From positions 368 to 64,367 of the forward strand of contig JBMYWT010000002.1 of assembly GCA_049607665.1 (NCBI GenBank): 64,000 nucleotides of DNA. The letters are read 5' to 3'. Positions 40,894 through 48,461 of this stretch are shown one piece after another. The DNA is from Maricaulaceae bacterium (GTDB lineage Bacteria; Pseudomonadota; Alphaproteobacteria; Caulobacterales; Maricaulaceae). The notes beneath the pieces were generated by a model. The model was not told the origin of the DNA. It did no database searches and saw only the letters and a program-made list of their open reading frames with translations. Position numbers and translations under genes: made by a program. How positions within the stretch are numbered: position 1 is the first letter of the stretch; each line of letters starts with the position of its first letter.

Positions 40894-42192
40894 ATGTCGT
40901 TATCTTCTGCTCGTCTCGCGCGCCAAAAAGACGCCGCACAAATATTAAATGGAGTCGCGAAAACGTTGCCGCTACTCCGCTCTGTGGCGTGGAGTGACGA
41001 CTGGCGCGGGGCGTTTTTATCTCGCGGGGCTTTGCCTAAGCCGACTTACGATTCGATAGATGTGACGTCGGCGCGCGAGGGGATTGCGGACGCGCGGGCG
41101 AAACTTGGCGGCGTAAATCCTGACAGTGGTGATGTCGTGGGCGCATGGCTTTTGCGCCTGACAGAGAAGCTCGATGTCATGACGGCGCTGTTGCAATCGC
41201 GCGGCACGGCGGAATTTTTCACCCATTCCAAGACGCTGTTCGGGGAGCCGACGCAGCTTATGATCGATCGCAAAACGCGGGTGATTGATTTGGCGCGCCA
41301 TGTGGACGGAACCCTGGACGGGCTGGATTTTGACAAGCTGGTCATCGAAGGGTTTCAGCGCGAATTCGGCGCGGCGGAATTCGCAGACAGCCTCGCGCCT
41401 TTGCTGGCGGAACACCTGGGCGATGCCGCGCCGCGAATTGAAATCGTCAAAGGATTATCCGCTAAAGCGCTGGCGGGATCAAAGCGCATCCGCGTGCGCG
41501 AAGGGGCGGTCTTCACACCGCGCGACATCGACCAACTGTTGCAGCACGAAGCCCTCGTCCATACGGCCACTACGCTAAACGGACGCGCACAAAAGGGCTT
41601 TCCTGTATTGGGCCGCGCCCATGCAGGGACGACGGAAATCCAAGAAGGCCTCGCCGTGTTTGCCGAGATGATCAGCGGGGCGATGGATCCGCGCCGTTTC
41701 CGCCGCCTTTCTGATCGCGTCCTCGCCGCGCAAATGAGCATTGACGGCGCGGATTTCAAAGAGGTGTTTGATTTCTATTTGCCGCGATCTTTGGGCGCCG
41801 AGGCTGCCTATAACAGTACGCGCCGTATCTTTCGCGGCGGGGTGATTGCGGGCGGCGCGCCGTTCACCAAAGATATCGTATATCTCAACGGATTGCTGCG
41901 GGTGCATAATTTTATGCGCACAGTGGTTAAGCTCGGCCGCGCCGATTTGATCCGCATATTGTTTACGGGGAAAATGGACCTCGAAGACCTTCCCGCCATC
42001 GCCGCCCTCGCAGGCGCAGGGGAGCTAACGCCGCCGAAATATATGCCCGCGTGGGCGAAAGATTTGCGCTTCCTCGTGTCATACTTGGCCTATTCAGGTT
42101 TCCTAAATCAGGTCAAAATGCCAGGCTTCCAAAGCTATTACGAAGACGCGCTGAAAGATGTCCCTGTGGTGTGGGATTTTACGTCATCATGA
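40894..42192 (+). CDS. DUF1704 / QEGLA-motif protein (MATCAP-like putative metallo-carboxypeptidase)
   Basis: Contains HEALVH (HExxH) and EIQEGLAVFAE, the name-giving QEGLA motif of the family annotated as flavohemoglobin expression-modulating QEGLA motif protein. Confidence 0.8.
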   Translation: MSLSSARLARQKDAAQILNGVAKTLPLLRSVAWSDDWRGAFLSRGALPKPTYDSIDVTSAREGIADARAKLGGVNPDSGDVVGAWLLRLTEKLDVMTALLQSRGTAEFFTHSKTLFGEPTQLMIDRKTRVIDLARHVDGTLDGLDFDKLVIEGFQREFGAAEFADSLAPLLAEHLGDAAPRIEIVKGLSAKALAGSKRIRVREGAVFTPRDIDQLLQHEALVHTATTLNGRAQKGFPVLGRAHAGTTEIQEGLAVFAEMISGAMDPRRFRRLSDRVLAAQMSIDGADFKEVFDFYLPRSLGAEAAYNSTRRIFRGGVIAGGAPFTKDIVYLNGLLRVHNFMRTVVKLGRADLIRILFTGKMDLEDLPAIAALAGAGELTPPKYMPAWAKDLRFLVSYLAYSGFLNQVKMPGFQSYYEDALKDVPVVWDFTSS

Positions 42193-42692
42193 GTGGGCAA
42201 ATGATAACGACAGAACGCCTCATCCTTCGTCCGCGAACGCTCGCGGATATCGACGCCTGTATCGCGATGGATTGCGATCCTGAAGTCACGAAATTTATCG
42301 AAGGTCCGTGGAATGGCGGAGTGGAGCATCGCGCTTTCCTGACGGAGCGCATGACGACGGCGTTTGAGTCGCCGCTCGGTTATTGGGCGATTACGCGCAG
42401 GGAAGCGGAGGATGAATTTTTAGGCTGGGTGATGATGCTCCCCGAAGGTGATGACATCGAAATTGGCTGGCGCCTGACGCGCCAAACATGGGGCCAAGGC
42501 ATCGCCACCGAAGCCGTACGCGGCGCGCTAATGCGCCTCACTGAACACCGCCTCAAAGTCGACATCATCGCCGCCATCCATCCCGAAAACACAGGCTCCA
42601 TCCGCGTCGCCGAAAAAGTCGGCATGGGATTTGAGAAGGAAGAGTTAATCGACGGTGTTTTGGAAAAATTCTATCGATTGCGAATAGTTTAA
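42189..42692 (+). CDS. GNAT-family (RimJ/RimL-like) N-acetyltransferase
   Basis: Begins MSGQMITTERLILRPRTLADID and contains WGQGIATEA. The ATG overlaps the DUF1704 stop (ATGA). The 46-codon upstream extension in the ORF track overlaps the previous gene and is rejected. Confidence 0.8.
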   Translation: MSGQMITTERLILRPRTLADIDACIAMDCDPEVTKFIEGPWNGGVEHRAFLTERMTTAFESPLGYWAITRREAEDEFLGWVMMLPEGDDIEIGWRLTRQTWGQGIATEAVRGALMRLTEHRLKVDIIAAIHPENTGSIRVAEKVGMGFEKEELIDGVLEKFYRLRIV

Positions 42693-42767
42693 ACGTAAAG
42701 CTCACGGCCTCCGTCCCGACATTAAAATAGCGATATAGACTTTGTCGGGACAAAATTGTGATTGATT

Positions 42768-42808
42768 TTTGATTTAAATTCGTTCCTCTTAACGTGTGTT
42801 AAATCAAA
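42768..42808. promoter_or_regulatory. 10-bp perfect inverted repeat (candidate operator) just upstream of the RHH gene
   Basis: TTTGATTTAA (42768-42777) and TTAAATCAAA (42799-42808) are separated by 21 nt. The right arm ends 13 nt before the ATG at 42822. Confidence 0.35.
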
Positions 42809-42821
42809 GCGGTGTGTTCCC

Positions 42822-43316
42822 ATGAAGAAAGTGAAATCAAAGAAATCGGAAAACCTTGAAGTTCGGATTTCGTATGAAACGAAACTGGCGCTGCACCGTA
42901 AGGCTAAGGAGGACGGTCGCAGTGTTAGCTCTGTTGTTCGAAGCTTGATTGAGGGCTATCTTGTCGCGCCAGCTGAACGTCCGAAACAAAGAAATTCCAG
43001 CCAGATCTTGTCCCGCCTAAAGGCTTTAATAGGTGCGCCAAAAATTATCCTTACCAGTCTTATTGCGGCGGCGGGAATGAGTTTGGTTTTCATGCCAGCC
43101 GCGACGGCCGATGAAATTGCAATGGATATTTCAGGCGAAATTGTACGACCCGTTGATGGGGGTACAAGAACTAAACGTATGAAGACGTCCCTCATCATAA
43201 CCGAAGGCGTGACCTATTATTTGCCAATGGGGCAGCCAAATTATGATCTTAAAAAACATATGACGCCCAAAAAATTCAGAATGGACAGATCTTTGGCGTC
43301 AGCCTGGAAAATTTAA
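42822..43316 (+). CDS. membrane-anchored ribbon-helix-helix (CopG/MobC-like) protein, possibly truncated by a frameshift
   Basis: The N-terminal LEVRISYETKLALHRKAKEDGRSVSSVVRSLIEGYL fits a beta-strand/helix/helix RHH pattern. A single TM follows (IILTSLIAAAGMSLVFMPAATA), then an extracytoplasmic tail. Confidence 0.55.
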   Translation: MKKVKSKKSENLEVRISYETKLALHRKAKEDGRSVSSVVRSLIEGYLVAPAERPKQRNSSQILSRLKALIGAPKIILTSLIAAAGMSLVFMPAATADEIAMDISGEIVRPVDGGTRTKRMKTSLIITEGVTYYLPMGQPNYDLKKHMTPKKFRMDRSLASAWKI

Positions 43317-43501
43317 AATCAACGAGCCATCAAAAACGCGTCATGATAAATCTTACGGTTATTGATATTAAAGACGGCGTTTCCACCATTATTGCACAAC
43401 CGAAACTACAGACCTCTTTAGATAAACAAGCGAGGTTTCAAATGGGAGTCGAAGGTATCGATATGATCGATTTTACATTTCATCCCAAAACTAAACAGTA
43501 A
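43253..43501 (+). other. 83-codon open frame (-1 relative to the RHH gene) that may be its displaced C-terminal part
   Basis: My manual translation is KTYDAQKIQNGQIFGVSLENLKSTSHQKRVMINLTVIDIKDGVSTIIAQPKLQTSLDKQARFQMGVEGIDMIDFTFHPKTKQ. It overlaps the last 64 nt of the RHH ORF, a zone that contains two A6 runs (43251-43256, 43269-43274). Confidence 0.35.
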
Positions 43502-43527
43502 GGAATAAAATTGAGGCAAGATGGTGC

Positions 43528-43950
43528 CTAATCAATCACCTTGGAATCCCGCTTCCAAAACCCTTTTACCGATATGGCGCGGGGCTTTGAGACTGACGCT
43601 AAAACTAATAGTCCTGCGAAGATGCCTAGGTTCTTGACGAAGTTTTGTGTTTCGCGCGGCGCTCTTAGCTCGTCCATGTTCCAAAAGTCGTGCATCATCA
43701 GATTAATCACGATGACCAAAACCGCGCAGCCTAGGGCGGAGATCCGCACGTAGCTCCCGAGGATGAGGAGGATGCCCGCTATGATTTGCGCGGCCCCCGC
43801 GATGGGTAGCATCAGCTCAGGCGAGGGGATGTCCGTCGCCGCCATAGACGCGACGTGCATATCCCACGCGGCGAATTTCATCACGCCTGGCAATAGGAAA
43901 TAAATTCCGAGCAATGTACGGCCTACGCCCATTAAAATCGTGTTGGTCAT
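43528..43950 (-). CDS. DoxX-family membrane protein
   Basis: Four TM helices and the DoxX-like N-terminus GRTLLGIYFLLPGVMKF. The start was set at MTNTILMG; the ORF is open to 43989. Confidence 0.78.
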   Translation of the reverse strand: MTNTILMGVGRTLLGIYFLLPGVMKFAAWDMHVASMAATDIPSPELMLPIAGAAQIIAGILLILGSYVRISALGCAVLVIVINLMMHDFWNMDELRAPRETQNFVKNLGIFAGLLVLASVSKPRAISVKGFWKRDSKVID

Positions 43951-44097
43951 TGTGTGCCCTTTTTTGACTTTGTCTTCTATTTCGTGCACGAAAAAGAAAG
44001 ACGCTGCAAACGGTTTGACGCTCTTGTAGCCATGCTATAGCTTTTCCTCAAGGCCTGCATTTGGGCGGGCCAAAATCCAACCACACACGGAGACACT

Positions 44098-44478
44098 ATG
44101 TTCAGCCACGTTATGCTCGGCACTGATGATATCAACGCCTCAAAGACTTTTTATGATGCTGCGCTTGCCCCGTTGGGGTGCAGTGAGGGCCGCGTCGACC
44201 CAAAGGGCCGCGCCATGTATATGAATGGCGGCAGTATTTTCCTGCTGACCAACCCCATTGACGGACAGCCGACGAGTAATGCCAATGGCAGTACCATCGG
44301 TTTTGCCGCTGGCTCCCCCGAAGAGGCAGACGCGTTTCACAAAGCAGGTTTGGAGGCCGGCGGTACGGCGATCGAAGATCCACCCGGTTGGCGCGAAGGC
44401 GCGGGCATGAAGCTTTATCTGGCCTATTTGCGTGACCCAGCGGGAAATAAAATTTGCGCGATGCATATCGGTAAATAG
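44098..44478 (+). CDS. VOC-family (glyoxalase/bleomycin-resistance fold) protein
   Basis: 126 aa. MFSHVMLGTDDINASKTFYDAAL...YLRDPAGNKICAM is the typical VOC beta-alpha-beta-beta-beta pattern. Confidence 0.8.
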   Translation: MFSHVMLGTDDINASKTFYDAALAPLGCSEGRVDPKGRAMYMNGGSIFLLTNPIDGQPTSNANGSTIGFAAGSPEEADAFHKAGLEAGGTAIEDPPGWREGAGMKLYLAYLRDPAGNKICAMHIGK

Positions 44479-44518
44479 TAGGGTCGGCAAATAGTACGAT
44501 TTTACTCAGATGACTTTA

Positions 44519-44547
44519 CTTAGGCGATTTCGCCTGAGTAGTTTTTT
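44519..44547 (+). terminator. rho-independent terminator candidate after the VOC gene
   Basis: The stem is CTTAGGCG/CGCCTGAG (8 bp, one G-U), the loop is ATTT, and a T6 run follows at 44542-44547. Confidence 0.55.
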
Positions 44548-44564
44548 AAAAGGCGGAGCGCATA

Positions 44565-45704
44565 ATGCAGACATTCATGAAAGACAGTGACGTCGTCGCG
44601 CGGGTGCTCGGCCATGTCGAAAACCGCACCACCGACCGAGGCACGGATGTCTGGCGGGAGCCCGTGGAGAACTACCGCAGCGAGGCACGCTACGCGGCGG
44701 AGCTAGAGATGATGCGCTCTGTGCCGACGCCGTTTTGTCCGTCTACGGCGCTGACCAAGGCGGGGGATTATATTGCCCGCCGCGCGGCAGGGACGCCTCT
44801 GATTGTGGTGCGCGGCCATGACGGCAAAGTGCGCGCCTTTATCAATGCCTGCCGCCACCGAGGGACGGAGCTTGTCGACGGCAAAGGTTGCGCGGGGGCG
44901 TTTGTGTGCCCCTATCATGGATGGTCATATGGGCTGGATGGGGCGCTGCTGGGGATACCCCACGAAGACGGTTTTCCTGATTTTAATAAGCTCGAAAATG
45001 GCCTCGCCGAAGTCACCGCCATTGAACACGACGGCATCATTTTTATCGTGCAGCAAGACCCGAGCGTGGACGCCTCTGCGGCGAAGGATATGCTGCAGGG
45101 TCTGCCGCAGGTTTTAAAGGACGATCAGATTATTTTTGATGTCTCAGAAATGATCGTTGAGGCGAATTGGAAGCTCCATTTGGAGAGCTTCATTGAGGGC
45201 TACCACATCAAGCCCGCCCATAAGGAAACGTTCTATCCGTTTGGGTATGACAATCTAAATGTGATCGAATTTTGCGGCCCGCATTCGCGCGTGACCTATC
45301 CGTTTCGGCGCATTGAAACCCTGAAAGGCGTGCCGCCCGCCGAGCAAAAGGTCTTTGATAAGTTGACCTATGTGACGCATTTTTTCCCGAATGTAATCCT
45401 CGCTGAACTGACGCATCACCGCACGCTGGGGATCATTGAACCGCTAAGCGTTGGGCGCACGAAAATCACGAGCTACCACATCACAAAATCAACGGATGAG
45501 GCGGGCAAAGACCGCGCCCTCGAAGATGCGAAACGCGACATCGCCTTTGTGAACACCACAGGCCAACAAGAAGACATCGCCGTCGTCACAGGCATCCAAA
45601 ACAGCCTCCACGCCAAAGCCAATGACGTCTTCACCTTCGGCCATTTCGAACCCGCGATTGTGCACTTCCATCAGGAGATGGGGAAGCTGTTGGGAGAGAG
45701 ATAA
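44565..45704 (+). CDS. Rieske [2Fe-2S] ring-hydroxylating oxygenase alpha subunit-like protein
   Basis: The Rieske motif is CRHRGTELV...CPYHGWSY. The mononuclear-iron motif is EGYHIKPAHKETF. No beta subunit or reductase gene is adjacent. Confidence 0.88.
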   Translation: MQTFMKDSDVVARVLGHVENRTTDRGTDVWREPVENYRSEARYAAELEMMRSVPTPFCPSTALTKAGDYIARRAAGTPLIVVRGHDGKVRAFINACRHRGTELVDGKGCAGAFVCPYHGWSYGLDGALLGIPHEDGFPDFNKLENGLAEVTAIEHDGIIFIVQQDPSVDASAAKDMLQGLPQVLKDDQIIFDVSEMIVEANWKLHLESFIEGYHIKPAHKETFYPFGYDNLNVIEFCGPHSRVTYPFRRIETLKGVPPAEQKVFDKLTYVTHFFPNVILAELTHHRTLGIIEPLSVGRTKITSYHITKSTDEAGKDRALEDAKRDIAFVNTTGQQEDIAVVTGIQNSLHAKANDVFTFGHFEPAIVHFHQEMGKLLGER

Positions 45705-45705
45705 T

Positions 45706-46089
45706 ATGAGCAATGTATCTTGCTATGGCTCGTACATAGATGAGAATTGTGTTGCGTTGTTCCCCGAAATGCTCGCGCTTTACGGGCAAAAGTTATTGAG
45801 TGAAGCCAGTAAAATAGGTTCGTATATATTTTTTGAAGATTACTTTAATGAGTTTATCGAAAAGCATAAAGATGATGATCTTTTACTCTCCAGAGCTGCT
45901 GCTTACATAGAGAGCATGGCTAAGTCAGATGATGTGAATGTTCAAAATTTAACTGAAATCGGTGTTTTATCAGGCTTGGTTAATCGAGAAGTTTATGGAA
46001 TGGCAAAATATTTAAAGCCGTATTCCAAAAAACTTCTCAATAAAGCGTCATCGCATACTAAAGTTGATAGAAATATTTGGTTCTCTTGA
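45706..46089 (+). CDS. hypothetical protein (AT-rich orphan ORF)
   Basis: The ATG at 45706 lies 1 nt after the Rieske stop (TAA 45702-45704). The 127-aa ORF is acidic and helical-looking, with no family I recognise. It is markedly more AT-rich than both neighbours. Confidence 0.5.
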   Translation: MSNVSCYGSYIDENCVALFPEMLALYGQKLLSEASKIGSYIFFEDYFNEFIEKHKDDDLLLSRAAAYIESMAKSDDVNVQNLTEIGVLSGLVNREVYGMAKYLKPYSKKLLNKASSHTKVDRNIWFS

Positions 46090-46115
46090 TATCCATCATT
46101 TGCAAGCGATTTTAA

Positions 46116-46958
46116 TTACCCCTCACGCCTCGATAAAAACGCCAGCCGTTCAAACAGATGCACGTCTTGCTCGTTTTTGAGGAGGGCGCCGTGGAGGGGT
46201 GGGATGAGTTTCTTGGGGTCTTTTTCTTTTAAGGACTCCGGGTCGATATCTTCGACGAGGAGGAGCTTGAGCCAATCGAGCAATTCCGATGTGCTTGGTT
46301 TTTTCTTTAGGCCCGGCATATCGCGCACTTCGTAGAAACGCTTCATCGCGGCAGATAAGAGGCGCGATTTAATCCCCGGATAGTGAACCTCAACGATTTT
46401 CGCCATCGTCTCGTCATCGGGGAATTGGATGTAGTGGAAGAAACAGCGGCGCAGAAACGCGTCGGGCAGATCTTTTTCATTATTTGAGGTGATGATGATA
46501 ATCGGGCGCTGCTTGGCGACAATCGTTTCGCCTGTTTCATAGACAAAGAATTGCATTTTATCGAGTTCATGCAGCAAATCATTCGGGAATTCGATATCGG
46601 CTTTGTCGATCTCGTCAATGAGCAAGATTGGACGCTGTTCGGAGGTGAAAGCCTCCCACATTTTCCCGCGCTTAATATAGTTATTGATGTCATGCACGCG
46701 GTCATCACCAAGCTGGCTGTCCCGCAGGCGCGCAACGGCGTCATACTCATAGAGGCCTTGCTGCGCTTTGGTTGTCGATTTGATATTCCATTCAATCAGC
46801 GGCGCGCCGAGGCCCTTGGCGATCTCATGCGCGAGGACGGTTTTACCCGTGCCAGGTTCGCCCTTAATCAAGAGCGGACGCTCTAGGGTGATCGCGGCAT
46901 TGACCGCCATCATCAGGTCTTGGGTGGCGACGTAATCTTTGGTGCCTTCAAATTTCAT
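46116..46958 (-). CDS. MoxR/CoxD-like AAA+ ATPase
   Basis: Walker A GEPGTGKT, Walker B ILLIDEIDKA, and the AAA_5-type sensor region. 280 aa. Confidence 0.85.
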   Translation of the reverse strand: MKFEGTKDYVATQDLMMAVNAAITLERPLLIKGEPGTGKTVLAHEIAKGLGAPLIEWNIKSTTKAQQGLYEYDAVARLRDSQLGDDRVHDINNYIKRGKMWEAFTSEQRPILLIDEIDKADIEFPNDLLHELDKMQFFVYETGETIVAKQRPIIIITSNNEKDLPDAFLRRCFFHYIQFPDDETMAKIVEVHYPGIKSRLLSAAMKRFYEVRDMPGLKKKPSTSELLDWLKLLLVEDIDPESLKEKDPKKLIPPLHGALLKNEQDVHLFERLAFLSRREG

Positions 46959-47153
46959 CGGGGTCTCTTTTCGCGTGCATTGAATATATCTAGGCGCTGT
47001 CTATCTGCGCGCGCACGGCTGTTCAAGAGGGGGGCGGCAATTTAACTTTGCGGGGTGAAATTTTCGTGACTTGCCGAGGTTCGCAACTCACTATATATCG
47101 CCGAAATAATAATGCGCGAATCATGCGCGGCTGAGTTTTTTATGGGGGCCGTT

Positions 47154-47585
47154 ATGGCGACGAAAAAGAAAGCTAAAGCAGTTGTTGTTCCAGACGGCTA
47201 TGCGCCCTCGGATGACGAAGAATTTATGAATCCCGTTCAGACGCTCTATTTTAAAAACAAGCTTTTGGCGTGGAAAGAAGATTTGGTTGAGCAAACCAAA
47301 GAGACGATCAACTACCTTCAGGGCGAGAATGTATCGCATCCTGATCCTGTGGATACGGCGGCGGCCAATGCGGATCGCCAACTGGAGCTACGGTCTCGGG
47401 ATCGCCTGCGTAAGTTGTCCGCTCAGATTGATAAAGCCCTGCGCCGCGTTGAAAACGGCACATATGGCTATTGCGAGGAAACAGGTGATCCGATCCGTGT
47501 TGGCCGTCTTGACGCCCGCCCCATCGCCAAAATGTCCCTCGAAGCGCAAGAGATGCATGAACGCGCTGAGAAAACTCGCAAATAA
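47154..47585 (+). CDS. dksA: RNA polymerase-binding transcription factor DksA (one-cysteine type)
   Basis: A coiled-coil with the DxxDxA tip (PDPVDTAAANADRQLEL) and a C-terminal YGYCEETGDPIRVGRLDARPIAKMSLEAQ. Only the first of the four zinc-finger cysteines is present. The start is uncertain (47112, 47142 or 47154). Confidence 0.86.
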   Translation: MATKKKAKAVVVPDGYAPSDDEEFMNPVQTLYFKNKLLAWKEDLVEQTKETINYLQGENVSHPDPVDTAAANADRQLELRSRDRLRKLSAQIDKALRRVENGTYGYCEETGDPIRVGRLDARPIAKMSLEAQEMHERAEKTRK

Positions 47586-47699
47586 TAGGTAAGTTAAAAT
47601 AGTTTTCTTACGAGAAATATTTTGCGCGCTTTAATCACCGTTCAACAAGATCAACTTTCTGTCTCAACAAAGCAGACGTTAGGACGTTTCCTTTTAAGA

Positions 47700-48380
47700 C
47701 TACACTTCATATCCCAAAAACCTCATTGTTTGAACAAAGGAATTGATGAGGCCATGTGCGAGGATTAAGGGTAAAATATTTTTCCGTCCAAACCAAATAT
47801 AAAAAAACCCAAATGTCAGGCCTATCCCGCCCGTTACGACAGCCCCGTTCAGGCCTTGATAGTAATAATGACGATATCCAAAAAAGATTGCGGCTAGCAT
47901 AACGGCAACGACATCTGTCAATCGATTGCCGCCAAGGAAAAGGCTTGTTTTCGTGATAACGAATGCCCGAAAAAGCAGCTCTTCAAACGTGGAGCCATGT
48001 GTCCAAACAAGAAGCATGATGATTAAGTAAGCGACCGGATTGCCCTCAATATGATCGAAACGACCACTTGTGCCAATGTCCTCAAAAAAATGATCCGCAA
48101 CTGTATTGAAAATGGCGACTGTGCCAAAAAATGCAATTAACGTAAAAAGCGTGAGCCCGAGGGTTTTCGGCCAGCTTACTGGCATCTTTAAACCTAAATT
48201 TTTCCAATTGGCATCTCGCCGCTTAAGTAAAAAGGTTGCGACTATCATGGCAGAGAACGTTGAAATCGGCCCCGCGTAAACCACCGTTATAGGGATCATC
48301 AATTGTTTGATTGAGACAAGAACAAAGAGAACGATTGCAAGGTCGAGAAGAGCGGATTTATCCAAAACTTGTGTCTTCAT
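47700..48380 (-). CDS. CPBP-family (CAAX/Abi) intramembrane glutamic protease
   Basis: Polytopic membrane protein with the three CPBP motifs FEELLFRAF, FGYRH and AHGLINS. Confidence 0.8.
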   Translation of the reverse strand: MKTQVLDKSALLDLAIVLFVLVSIKQLMIPITVVYAGPISTFSAMIVATFLLKRRDANWKNLGLKMPVSWPKTLGLTLFTLIAFFGTVAIFNTVADHFFEDIGTSGRFDHIEGNPVAYLIIMLLVWTHGSTFEELLFRAFVITKTSLFLGGNRLTDVVAVMLAAIFFGYRHYYYQGLNGAVVTGGIGLTFGFFYIWFGRKNILPLILAHGLINSFVQTMRFLGYEV

Positions 48381-48461
48381 TTGTATGTTACTCCAATCGT
48401 AAAGCTAACTATTTAAATACCTTACGCGAATAGGAGCGGAAATTTATAGAACGATCGTGCG

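Noticed and set aside
42051-42188. A 46-codon N-terminal extension of the GNAT gene
   Set aside because: It lies wholly inside the 3' end of the DUF1704 gene in another frame. The ATGA-coupled start at 42189 gives the typical GNAT N-terminus.
43251-43274. Programmed -1 ribosomal frameshifting at the A6 runs in the RHH gene
   Set aside because: In the zero frame the runs read CTT-AAA-AAA-CAT and CCC-AAA-AAA-TTC. Neither forms a canonical X-XXY-YYZ heptamer, and I saw no obvious downstream stimulatory hairpin. An indel or a sequencing error is more parsimonious.
46959-47153. A sigma-70-type promoter for dksA (TTGCCG ... TATATA around 47070-47098)
   Set aside because: The spacing between the candidate -35 and -10 hexamers is shorter than optimal, and the start codon itself is ambiguous. 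This is too weak to report as a feature.
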